DNA of 26,237 nucleotides from a virus. Lineage: Duplodnaviria > Caudoviricetes. How positions within the stretch are numbered: position 1 is the stretch's first letter; each line of letters begins with the position of its first letter. Shown in pieces: positions 17,489 to 25,315 of the stretch. The translations under genes were made by a program, and so were the position numbers. Location: the IMG/VR virus record IMGVR_UViG_3300011443_000047, positions 1-26,237 of that record; one strand, 5' to 3'. The notes beneath the pieces were generated by a model, which was not told the origin of the DNA, did no database searches, and saw nothing but the letters and a program-made list of their open reading frames with translations.

Positions 17489-17935
17489 TTACAGTTCGCT
17501 AACGGTCAAACCGCCGATCGCGATTTCCAGTTCGTCGCCGTTGTTGATCGTACGCGACGTTGTCAGCGCACCGTAGTACAGACAGTTGCCCGCGCTACTG
17601 GCATCCCAAATCGACGCGTGTGTGATCGTGCCCCAGTTGCCGCCACTGCACAGGAACGTCATCGCGACCGTATTCTGGGCGGAACCGGACGAGGCTGCGC
17701 CGAAAGTAACGGCCTGGCGGCTGTAGTTGTTGCCTGAGACCTCACCCGTCGCACCTGTTTCACCGGGGTTGCTCGTGTGCAACGCCACGTACAAGTTCGC
17801 GGGCGAGGTGAAGTTGCGCGTGCCCTTTCCGAGCGCGTGATCGAGCAGCTTGTCTTCCAGGTAGTTCGACTTCGCGTCCGCCATGGGCAAGTAGGACGCC
17901 AGTACCAACAGTGCAATTGCGATATACATCCACAT
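17489..17935 (-). CDS. Small phage tail-fibre-associated protein with an N-terminal hydrophobic leader
   Basis: SNYLEDKLLDH, LYVALHT..PGE.G..GEVSG..YSRQAVTF, WGTITH..IWDA...GN.LYYGAL...RTI..GD is a widespread phage virion family. AAGGA SD at the first Met. Confidence 0.8.
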   Translation of the reverse strand: MWMYIAIALLVLASYLPMADAKSNYLEDKLLDHALGKGTRNFTSPANLYVALHTSNPGETGATGEVSGNNYSRQAVTFGAASSGSAQNTVAMTFLCSGGNWGTITHASIWDASSAGNCLYYGALTTSRTINNGDELEIAIGGLTVSEL

Positions 17936-17948
17936 AACCAGCGTCCTT

Positions 17949-18122
17949 TCAGGTCGGGTCTACAGGTTTCATCGGGTCCAGTACCGGTGGGGTATAGCCA
18001 CCAAGCACTGCAATCAGTTCGTCACGGGTCACGATACTTTCAGTTGCGTCAGGCGCAGTGACCACAAACCGTCCGTCACCCAAAGGCTCGATCAGCAACG
18101 TGACACTTACCGTGCCGCTCAT
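17949..18122 (-). CDS. Small hypothetical protein (57 aa; not in the ORF track)
   Basis: MSGTVSVTLLIEPLGDGRFVVTAPDATESIVTRDELIAVLGGYTPPVLDPMKPVDPT. ATGA overlap with the upstream gene and AAGGA SD; fills the gap. Confidence 0.7.
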   Translation of the reverse strand: MSGTVSVTLLIEPLGDGRFVVTAPDATESIVTRDELIAVLGGYTPPVLDPMKPVDPT

Positions 18123-18562
18123 AATCTATTCCTTCGATTGACGGTTTTCTCTACACGCCACTTGTGCGCGAACACCGACGCAATGATTACACCAACCGCT
18201 CCAAGAATACCAGACAGCGTCTGACCGTCTGCGTACCACGGCGGAAGCTCCGGCCGATCACTCCTATCCTCATCGTTACGCAGTGCGTTAGACCGGGGTT
18301 CGGACGGGTAAGGGGGCCCAGCCGGAGCCTGCGGCGTGGTAGGCATATTCTGGAAAGGAAAACCCTCGGGCATTTTCAATGTAATGCAACCGTACGCTAG
18401 CCCTGCCAGTACGGCAGCAAAGAAAACCCGGACGGCCCACGCACGGACGCACATGGACCGCCGGGAACCAGGACACGGAACCTGTTCGGTGGGTGGAGGT
18501 GGGCAGTTGATCGGGCGCACCATACCCGGAGCGTGAAGAGTTGCCGTGCCTTGGTATTTCAT
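18119..18562 (-). CDS. Putative lipoprotein with a C-terminal transmembrane helix (u-spanin-like topology)
   Basis: Hydrophobic segment VRVFFAAVLAGLAYG-C, Pro-rich middle, C-terminal LSGILGAVGVIIASVFA followed by basic residues. Start codon uncertain. Confidence 0.55.
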   Translation of the reverse strand: MKYQGTATLHAPGMVRPINCPPPPTEQVPCPGSRRSMCVRAWAVRVFFAAVLAGLAYGCITLKMPEGFPFQNMPTTPQAPAGPPYPSEPRSNALRNDEDRSDRPELPPWYADGQTLSGILGAVGVIIASVFAHKWRVEKTVNRRNRL

Positions 18563-18602
18563 CGCGTCATCTCCAGTAGCCGATCACCGGCTCGTCCGCG
18601 TA

Positions 18603-19124
18603 CTACCCACCTTCGCCCGGCACGGGTTGCGTGGCCACCCCTGCAGGCGGCGCGCCTTGTCCGTTCCAGATGATCACCGGTGGCGTGCTCGTAGCGGGTC
18701 GACCCGGTCCGACAGTGTCTGCGTGGCGGTAGGTCAGCAGCTTGATATACATTTCTTCGGTCGCAGGATCAAGCTGCCCTCCCATCACCGCGGATAGTAA
18801 CGCGTTCTGTACGTCTTTCGACATCTGCTGGCCGTGGCCTTCAGTTTGAGCCTCCGCGCGGCCGTTGACACCGGCAATGCGTGCGCCGATCACAGCCTCC
18901 ATTCGCATGTACCGTTCGACCGCCGGGTCTTGGAATGCGACGTCGGCGCCTGCCAGGAACTTATCCATGACGCCTTGGTCTTTGATGAGATCGACGGTGG
19001 CATCGGCGATCTTCTCGGCCGTACCGGTCGTGGCATTCTGAATGCCCAGCGCCCCGAGCGAGCCTTTGCAGCCTGCGATATTGAATAGCAACAGAAACCC
19101 TACAAGATACTTCAACCAGTTCAT
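18603..19124 (-). CDS. Lipoprotein
   Basis: Start reassigned to ATG 19124 (AAGGAG SD): MNWLKYLVGFLLLFNIAG-C, lipobox IAGC; Pro-rich C-terminus. Confidence 0.75.
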   Translation of the reverse strand: MNWLKYLVGFLLLFNIAGCKGSLGALGIQNATTGTAEKIADATVDLIKDQGVMDKFLAGADVAFQDPAVERYMRMEAVIGARIAGVNGRAEAQTEGHGQQMSKDVQNALLSAVMGGQLDPATEEMYIKLLTYRHADTVGPGRPATSTPPVIIWNGQGAPPAGVATQPVPGEGG

Positions 19125-19176
19125 TTTGCTTTTCTCCTTTATCAGAACCAAACTGTCCCGTACGCTCGCGCGGGGT

Positions 19177-20127
19177 TTACTCTTTACGCTTGTACTGCGC
19201 CAACACTTCGCCACCAGCAGTCAGCATCACAGTGCCCGGTGGAGAGTTTGGCTGATTGCTGCCGAAACCTGCTACGACGACCGCTTGTGTATTCTGGGCA
19301 AGACCGTGGACGCCATAGTCGCTGATCGTGACCGATATCGGCGCGGTGTCCTTGTTCACTCGCGACAGCGCTATCAGAAACCCGTTGACACCAGGACCGT
19401 ACACATTGACACGACGCAGGGTCACGGACGTAAGACGATCCTTGGTATTGTTCGGTTCGATGTCGACACCGGCCTGGGGCGGAACTCCGCGTACGTTGTA
19501 GATGTCGAGATCGTTGATGTCGCACAACTGGCAAGAACAGATACTTATCCCGTTGCGGTACGCGCTCACCTCGCCCTCGGGCGCGCGTAACTCACAGCGG
19601 TTCATCACGAGACTGCTGGCTGTTCCCAGAATGTGAGCGTCCAGCACGCCGTCCTGTGGCGCGGTATCTGCCAGCTTGTTGCCGACATAAATAGCGTCAC
19701 CGCGATTGGAGCTAAACGTGCAGTTCGTAAACTGAAGAGCCTCGCCATTTGTATTAACAGCGTGCGGCCCGAACCCGTCGACAGTCGTGTCGGTACCCGT
19801 GTAATACATACGGATGACGCAGTTCAAGAAATGCGCGCCTGAGCCTGACGGTATGATGAAGTTTTGCCGCTTAGGCGTACGCATCACCAGAGACGAGCCA
19901 GGCTGGCAGATGACGGTGCACGGTCCTCTGGGGTGAAGAGGCTCCGTGAACTCGTAGGCGCCATCGACCTGGATCACCGTAGCGCCGTTGTCGAATGCCG
20001 CCTGTAGAGTGGTCTCTTTCGACGCGAACCCCGGTGAGACCGCCGTCGTATCGACTGCTCCTGTGAGCGCTCCTGCGAGCGCGAGTAAGGTAGCCAGAAC
20101 CGAAGCTGTTACACGCATTTCTGTCAC
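19177..20127 (-). CDS. Secreted right-handed parallel beta-helix (pectin-lyase-like) protein
   Basis: Signal-like N-terminus (MRVTASVLATLLALAGALTGA); TLQAAFD, NRGDAIYVG, YRNGISI, PPQAGVDIEPN are beta-helix repeat motifs. Confidence 0.75.
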   Translation of the reverse strand: MTEMRVTASVLATLLALAGALTGAVDTTAVSPGFASKETTLQAAFDNGATVIQVDGAYEFTEPLHPRGPCTVICQPGSSLVMRTPKRQNFIIPSGSGAHFLNCVIRMYYTGTDTTVDGFGPHAVNTNGEALQFTNCTFSSNRGDAIYVGNKLADTAPQDGVLDAHILGTASSLVMNRCELRAPEGEVSAYRNGISICSCQLCDINDLDIYNVRGVPPQAGVDIEPNNTKDRLTSVTLRRVNVYGPGVNGFLIALSRVNKDTAPISVTISDYGVHGLAQNTQAVVVAGFGSNQPNSPPGTVMLTAGGEVLAQYKRKE

Positions 20128-20402
20128 GCTCCTTCGAATAGGCCACCCGTAGGCCGATCACCCACGGTAGTAGCCGCATTGTTAGGGTCTGCGTACGGAG
20201 ACGGCAACTGCAACGAGCAATCGCGACACCGTACGCATCCACAGTTCTCAACCCAACCGTGCAGTAGGTTGGTCGCCTGTCCGAGTGTCATCTGCGCTGA
20301 CAGCTCAACCGCATCGCTGCATACTTCACAGCGAACGACAACCGATCCGGTACGCAGAACACCGGATAGTACAGCGAGTAGGTGAAGTACGCCAGCGAGC
20401 AT
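20124..20402 (-). CDS. Hypothetical Zn-binding protein
   Basis: 92 aa; hydrophobic N-terminus, CEVC and CRDC pairs; TGATG and GTGA coupling with neighbours. Confidence 0.55.
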   Translation of the reverse strand: MLAGVLHLLAVLSGVLRTGSVVVRCEVCSDAVELSAQMTLGQATNLLHGWVENCGCVRCRDCSLQLPSPYADPNNAATTVGDRPTGGLFEGA

Positions 20403-21049
20403 CAGGGTTTCTTCTTTAGGTCTTCAGGTTTCACCGGGTTTACCTTCTGGAGGAAGTGCTCCATCAGGGTGTCGATATTCCGGCGGTTTGCTTCAATCTG
20501 GTCCTGCATACCCGGTATTGATTGGATCAAAGGGCCGCGATCTTCAAGCTTGCGGTCAACCTCCGCTTGCTTGACCAGCATACTGTTCTGCTGGGTTTGA
20601 ATCGACGCGATGAGCGACACCTTATCCTGATACTCGTCGAGACGGCGACGGTGATCTTTTGAGTCTGCTTGCAGTTCCTTGGTATCGCTGTCCATTCGAC
20701 CCAGGCGCTGCTCCAAAGTCTCAGTCACCTTTTGCTGAAGCATGTCAACCTTTCGGGACAGCGGATCTGTCTCGGCCTTAATCGCCAGCGCGACCGTGGC
20801 AGTGATATCGTCCTGCGACGGCTGTGCGCGGGTAGCAAGGTACCCGGTACTGCCGCTTGACAGCGCTGCCGTGATCATTGCACCGATCACCGCCTTTATC
20901 ACTACGTGATTAGACACCGGTACCGCTGGCACTGCTGGTGCTGCCGCCGATGGTGCCGCTGTTTGCGCCCGTAGCAGGTCCATCAGCTGCTTCATTTCCT
21001 CTGACGTTGGCATCCCCGACTCTCCCGTTTTGGTTTCCGGTTTGTCCAT
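20402..21049 (-). CDS. Membrane-anchored coiled-coil protein (holin- or i-spanin-like, unproven)
   Basis: Single hydrophobic segment VVIKAVIGAMITAALSSG followed by a long heptad-rich region; GGAG/GAGG SD. Confidence 0.65.
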   Translation of the reverse strand: MDKPETKTGESGMPTSEEMKQLMDLLRAQTAAPSAAAPAVPAVPVSNHVVIKAVIGAMITAALSSGSTGYLATRAQPSQDDITATVALAIKAETDPLSRKVDMLQQKVTETLEQRLGRMDSDTKELQADSKDHRRRLDEYQDKVSLIASIQTQQNSMLVKQAEVDRKLEDRGPLIQSIPGMQDQIEANRRNIDTLMEHFLQKVNPVKPEDLKKKP

Positions 21050-21221
21050 GCCTCAGTCTCTCCTTACGACGTAACACGTACTTGCGTTGGTATCCGATAG
21101 CCTGCGAACGACACTTGCGACACCACAGTCGACTCGAGTCCTCTCGATCACCACCGCATTTCGGACACAGGCCTTGACGCGCCCGTGCTCGATACTTCAA
21201 CACGTCGTTTGGACCGCTCAT
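20910..21221 (-). CDS. Small basic Zn-finger protein (CPKC...CRKC)
   Basis: ATG 21221 just after the upstream stop: MSGPNDVLKYRARARQGLCPKCGGDREDSSRLWCRKCRSQ...; its tail overlaps the next gene by 140 nt. Confidence 0.6.
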   Translation of the reverse strand: MSGPNDVLKYRARARQGLCPKCGGDREDSSRLWCRKCRSQAIGYQRKYVLRRKERLRHGQTGNQNGRVGDANVRGNEAADGPATGANSGTIGGSTSSASGTGV

Positions 21222-21223
21222 GG

Positions 21224-21898
21224 CTATTCCCTTGGCGGCACCAACCGGTACTTGTCTGGATTCAATCCGTACGAAGCCAGCTTGGCGTCGCTCCATTCTG
21301 GGAGAGTAGGTTGCCGTTCGTATGCACAGTCGCCGCAGTATGGACTGATCTCGAAGGTCGCAGTGGCCGTGCGAGGCTCGACCGCGAGTCGCGAGAAGAA
21401 ACCGCGATTGTCCTCTACGTCCGCCCAGAGTAGGCAGTGGGAGATAGTGACGTCGAACCGTGGGCTGGTCAACGCTTGCATGAATACGAAGTCGGGCTGC
21501 AGCGGTGAACTGGCTGCGTGGTCGCCCATCACAGCGCGTCCGTTCGGTTTGTAGCATATGAGCACAGGCAGATACTCGCCTTCGTTGCCGCCGACGGTAA
21601 CTTCGATCGTCATGCCGCGTACGAACGGTTCGAAGTCGAAGCGTAGAGGACTAGGCCCACCGCCCATCTCGGTATCGCCGCACGATTGCGTCATGATCAG
21701 GCTACCGCCCAGCCAGTGCTCTGGTACGCCACTCGTACCTTCAGGCAGTCGCATGAGAGCGATCGGCTGATCCGCGCGGTAGGCTGTTACGTACACGCCA
21801 TTGTCCGTGAATGCCGACAGGTTCGCGGTCTCGATACAGTCAAAAGACGCGAACCCTAGAATGGCTCGCAGCGCCCAGAACACCAACTCCGATACCAT
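21224..21898 (-). CDS. Hypothetical protein
   Basis: 224 aa with TAAGGAG SD; mildly hydrophobic N-terminus; no family recognised. Confidence 0.7.
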   Translation of the reverse strand: MVSELVFWALRAILGFASFDCIETANLSAFTDNGVYVTAYRADQPIALMRLPEGTSGVPEHWLGGSLIMTQSCGDTEMGGGPSPLRFDFEPFVRGMTIEVTVGGNEGEYLPVLICYKPNGRAVMGDHAASSPLQPDFVFMQALTSPRFDVTISHCLLWADVEDNRGFFSRLAVEPRTATATFEISPYCGDCAYERQPTLPEWSDAKLASYGLNPDKYRLVPPRE

Positions 21899-21984
21899 AT
21901 TTAAAACTCCTTACTGATTCGTACCCGTTCGTACCAATACGTCTTTTGGGTATACGCGACTGTCCGGTTCCAGTTGGTCAGACA

Positions 21985-22089
21985 TCAATATCGTAATACC
22001 CATATGAGGATTACAGCAATAACAGCCAACAGGCCTTGCACAAACCAGTGCGCTGCTCTACTGTTTCGCTCTCTTGCTGCTCGGTTCAC
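21985..22089 (-). CDS. Micro membrane protein (34 aa; not in the ORF track)
   Basis: GTG with GAGGAG SD and GTGA overlap: MNRAARERNSRAAHWFVQGLLAVIAVILIWVLRY. Confidence 0.6.
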   Translation of the reverse strand: MNRAARERNSRAAHWFVQGLLAVIAVILIWVLRY

Positions 22090-22412
22090 GTCAGCTCCTC
22101 AGCCTTGTCCGGCGCGGCAGCCGGAGTAACACCCATCAGCTGTTGAAAGGCACCCAGCTTGCCGTCGGGGTTCACGTACTGGTGTCGGTACCGTACGCAC
22201 TTCTTAGCTTTGTATCCGCTACCGCACGGACACAGCTCATTGCGACCCGTCCGGTCTTTCGCTCTCGCGAGTGGCGGAACGTACACCTTGCCGCGATTCT
22301 TAGAACGGTAGAACCGAGCTTGAGCTTCTGCTAGTTGCTTCTCTTGCTGCGCGTCAGATTCGTTTAGCAGAACCTGTCGCACGCTTTGGCTCATTCCGTC
22401 CATACCGATCAC
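22086..22412 (-). CDS. SEC-C motif protein
   Basis: GRNELCPCGSGYKAKKC. Confidence 0.8.
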   Translation of the reverse strand: MIGMDGMSQSVRQVLLNESDAQQEKQLAEAQARFYRSKNRGKVYVPPLARAKDRTGRNELCPCGSGYKAKKCVRYRHQYVNPDGKLGAFQQLMGVTPAAAPDKAEELT

Positions 22413-22415
22413 TCG

Positions 22416-22664
22416 TCACCTATTCGCCGCAACAACCACCGCAGCAGGGTCACTATTGCCCACCACGTCCGGCTGCGGGGCGCGGAGGGAGACAGGCTCT
22501 GAGCATCGCTCTCGCCAGTCGGGCAGAAACGAGTCCATCTCTGCTGCCGAGAACCCGCCACGCTCGGCAATCCGTTGAAGCGTCTGCGTTTCGTGCTTAG
22601 ACGCATACCTGCTGTAGGCCAACTCGGCGACGAACCACGGCACCGTTGTCGGATGCGGTTTCAC
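22416..22664 (-). CDS. Hypothetical phage protein
   Basis: VPW..AE.AY......QTLQRIAERGGFS..E resembles a recurring small phage protein motif; GTGA overlap with the upstream gene. Confidence 0.65.
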   Translation of the reverse strand: MKPHPTTVPWFVAELAYSRYASKHETQTLQRIAERGGFSAAEMDSFLPDWRERCSEPVSLRAPQPDVVGNSDPAAVVVAANR

Positions 22665-22870
22665 GTTCCGCGACGATTGAATGGGGAAGTCCCATTATCC
22701 TCGTTCCTTTCGGGGCACTCGGTTCTGGTCGATGATGGTGACTCCTGGCCTCGACCACTGGACCGTGTTCGCTGCGAACGACGTGGCGGCATGAACGGCC
22801 CAACGACTGTCATCCGGAGCCTGGTCATCGGCTGCAGCGTTGCACCGTCAATTGTCAGTGGTCCGTACAT
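22661..22870 (-). CDS. Hypothetical protein
   Basis: 69 aa with AAGGAG SD; tiles with neighbours. Confidence 0.55.
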   Translation of the reverse strand: MYGPLTIDGATLQPMTRLRMTVVGPFMPPRRSQRTRSSGRGQESPSSTRTECPERNEDNGTSPFNRRGT

Positions 22871-22887
22871 TGGTGTCTCCTTTAGCG

Positions 22888-23514
22888 TTATCGTCCTAAC
22901 AGACCCCGTACTAGTTTTGCATCTTCAGACGCCTGGCGATTTTCTGGAGAAAGACTGTCCGGTGCGGTTGTGTCCTGCATGTCGCGAATCTGTTGCAGAA
23001 TCATCGAACCTGTCAGCCCTTGTCCCTGGTCCATTCGCAACCCGAGCAGCTTGTTCAGTTCGCGCTGGGCGAGTGTCATACCTCTAGAGTCGCCGGAGGC
23101 GTACGCGACCCGGTACGCTTGCAAGTGCCGCTGCTGGGCCATTCGCAGTTCATAGTCCGGGTCGAACTTCTCAGCGTGAATCCGTCGCAGGCATTCGGTG
23201 TGTATTGCACGACACATTATCGAACTGCCTGGCTGCCAGTACCACTTGCGTCCTACCTTCACTCTCACATCGAACAGCGGATGCTTGGTACACTTGTCAA
23301 CGATCTGGGGTCTTGTGAATCCCAGTATGATTTGGTTGGTTACAAACGAGATCCGACGTTCTGTAAACTCGGACTGATAGTCGCGTCTCGCGCGCTGTCG
23401 TTGTTTAGCTGCCTCAATACCCGGCTCATCCCACTGTGATACCGGTGGCTTTTTACCGGGCACTCGAACCTTGAGTCGCCCTACCGGGATTTTTTTGGTA
23501 CTCCGTTTGGCCAT
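22888..23514 (-). CDS. Possible terminase small subunit / helical DNA-binding protein
   Basis: Start probably ATG 23514 (MAKRSTKK). Basic N-terminus, HTH-like GFTRPQIV, and AYASGDSRGMTLAQRELNKLLGL, similar to TerS-like oligomerisation helices. Confidence 0.5.
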   Translation of the reverse strand: MAKRSTKKIPVGRLKVRVPGKKPPVSQWDEPGIEAAKQRQRARRDYQSEFTERRISFVTNQIILGFTRPQIVDKCTKHPLFDVRVKVGRKWYWQPGSSIMCRAIHTECLRRIHAEKFDPDYELRMAQQRHLQAYRVAYASGDSRGMTLAQRELNKLLGLRMDQGQGLTGSMILQQIRDMQDTTAPDSLSPENRQASEDAKLVRGLLGR

Positions 23515-23698
23515 CGCTATTTTGTCCGTGTTTCCGTCTCGCGATCGTTGATGATTTTTAACATTTTGCGATAGAATGCACCAAACATCCCGCATACCAA
23601 AACATGAAACCGACCAGGAGTATAGCTCCCGCATCGGTTTCAGCAGCGACGTCTCGTTCAGTCGGTTACTCGGCAGCCCAGGCCAGTTTTAGCCCGTT

Positions 23699-23968
23699 TT
23701 AGCCATTGTACGGTGGATTCAGCTGCTCGGGTTTGTGTCCGTCTCCGTCCGGGTCATTTGCACGTATCACCGCTTCATACCGCATATTCTCTGCCCACTG
23801 CACTCCAGCTTCTGACGCTTCGTAGGCCGTCTCGTACGTCTTCTCATGCAGATACGGCACCCCACCGTACCGTGTGCACGTAAACACATACCGTCCGCGC
23901 CAACTGTGCACGTCCACGTACACCCGAGTCTTAGGTTGCTTGCGTGTCAGTCCTGTTTGTCCGTTCAT
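23699..23968 (-). CDS. Hypothetical protein
   Basis: 89 aa with AAGGAGG SD. Confidence 0.7.
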   Translation of the reverse strand: MNGQTGLTRKQPKTRVYVDVHSWRGRYVFTCTRYGGVPYLHEKTYETAYEASEAGVQWAENMRYEAVIRANDPDGDGHKPEQLNPPYNG

Positions 23969-24003
23969 AGTAGCCTCCTTGCCGTCTCTCGCCTCCCTAC
24001 GTA

Positions 24004-24306
24004 CTACAGCAGTGTCTCCGCTCGCGTCACCGAGAACCGAATCTCGTCCACCTGCATCTCACCACCCATAGCACTTTGCTTCAACTCCCGCCAGATCACC
24101 AGACAGTCATACCCGTCCGGTGTCATGTATACCAGTACCTTCTTATCCGGCTTATGCCGTTGCTTCCACCGGTTCTCACCCGCCAGCTTGTGCACTGCTC
24201 GTGACAGGTCTACGTCCAGACCCACGTACTCCTGCGACCTGGGCGACAACCGGTCCATTCTCGCAGCCAACTGGAACACCTGTCCTAGCAACTGTTCATC
24301 CCGCAT
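24004..24306 (-). CDS. Hypothetical protein
   Basis: 100 aa with AAGGAG SD. Confidence 0.7.
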   Translation of the reverse strand: MRDEQLLGQVFQLAARMDRLSPRSQEYVGLDVDLSRAVHKLAGENRWKQRHKPDKKVLVYMTPDGYDCLVIWRELKQSAMGGEMQVDEIRFSVTRAETLL

Positions 24307-24369
24307 TTTCTCGCTCCTTTTCTACTGGCCACCAACCAAGTACAGATGCCGGTCCGGCGGGAAATCGTT

Positions 24370-24444
24370 TCACCACGCCCAATCCATCGCGGCGGCTACC
24401 GCTAGCAGCAGAATTGCGCCGAGTACGGCGACCCAAATCGTCAT
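24370..24444 (-). CDS. Micro membrane peptide (24 aa; not in the ORF track)
   Basis: ATGA overlap with the Lar-like stop: MTIWVAVLGAILLLAVAAAMDWAW. Confidence 0.5.
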   Translation of the reverse strand: MTIWVAVLGAILLLAVAAAMDWAW

Positions 24445-24635
24445 TGCTTTTCAATTTTCCCTCCGTTCCAAATGGCGATAGCTTTCAATCTCCCGCGAAT
24501 GAAAGTAGTCCGTGGCATCACTATGCAATCACGGCCCCGACACCGCACCGTGTAGTATCTTTTGTCGAGACACTCCTGCTGCACAATAGCCCTCGCTCCG
24601 CAGAACGGGCACGCCCTCGCCTTCTCTTTCTTCAT
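24441..24635 (-). CDS. Lar-family (restriction alleviation) Zn-ribbon protein
   Basis: ACPFCG...VRC...C......AIAIWN matches the Lar-like signature. Confidence 0.75.
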   Translation of the reverse strand: MKKEKARACPFCGARAIVQQECLDKRYYTVRCRGRDCIVMPRTTFIRGRLKAIAIWNGGKIEKQ

Positions 24636-24714
24636 CCCTCGTCTCCCACCAGTCCGGCGTATTCGGCGTCATGGTGCTCCTCCAATTTAACGCTCCTTTT
24701 TGGCCCGATCAAAC

Positions 24715-24912
24715 TTACACGGCATACACACACACTGCTCTGCGTCGTTGCAGCAACACTCTATCTGCACCCCTTGTGAACCTTCTGCCGTGCGTTGTAT
24801 TGGCTGTCAATGGCATCAACGGATAGAACTGTTTGCGACCTTTCACTGTACGCACAGCAACCGGGTACTGACCCTTTAACCAGCACCCTACCACCTCTCG
24901 GTACGTCAACAC
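24715..24912 (-). CDS. Hypothetical protein
   Basis: 65 aa; GTG start 7 nt after AGGAGG. Confidence 0.55.
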   Translation of the reverse strand: MLTYREVVGCWLKGQYPVAVRTVKGRKQFYPLMPLTANTTHGRRFTRGADRVLLQRRRAVCVYAV

Positions 24913-24915
24913 TAT

Positions 24916-25314
24916 TCATCCTCCTGTCGTCTCCGCCGTCTCGTTGCCGCTGCTCAACAGGCCGAGATGCGCAGCAGTCGCCCACATAGCAGCACACACG
25001 GCTCCGTGTGCCCGATCACAAATCGTACACGCTAGCACCGGTGTCCGCAATATGAACGCTTGCGGGTCGTTCACCGGAGCCTGAATCTCTACGTGCCCCG
25101 ATATGCGCCCAACGGTCTCGCCCGCTTCCCGTGTAATACTGAGATGCACACCGATCTCGTACTGATCTTTCATCTCGTCACTAGCCGCGTACGACATCAT
25201 AAGGTCCCACACCGCTGTCTGACACGCTGCAATCAACTTCCGCAACAAAAACTTCACCGTCTCTTCATCCTTAGCACAGCGGTCAAACAGCGGACCCGTC
25301 CCGGGGAACACCAT
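24916..25314 (-). CDS. Hypothetical protein
   Basis: Start reassigned to ATG 25314, 1 nt after the phosphoribosyltransferase stop (MVFPGTGPLFDRC...); one CxxC. Confidence 0.6.
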   Translation of the reverse strand: MVFPGTGPLFDRCAKDEETVKFLLRKLIAACQTAVWDLMMSYAASDEMKDQYEIGVHLSITREAGETVGRISGHVEIQAPVNDPQAFILRTPVLACTICDRAHGAVCAAMWATAAHLGLLSSGNETAETTGG

Positions 25315-25315
25315 G

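Noticed and set aside
23515-23634. ORF-track N-terminal extension of the TerS-like gene
   Set aside because: The AT-richer stretch looks intergenic or promoter-like; MAKRSTKK at 23514 is a more typical start, though this is uncertain.
24761-24997. 78-aa alternative ORF
   Set aside because: It overlaps two better-placed genes; SD spacing favours the GTG at 24912.
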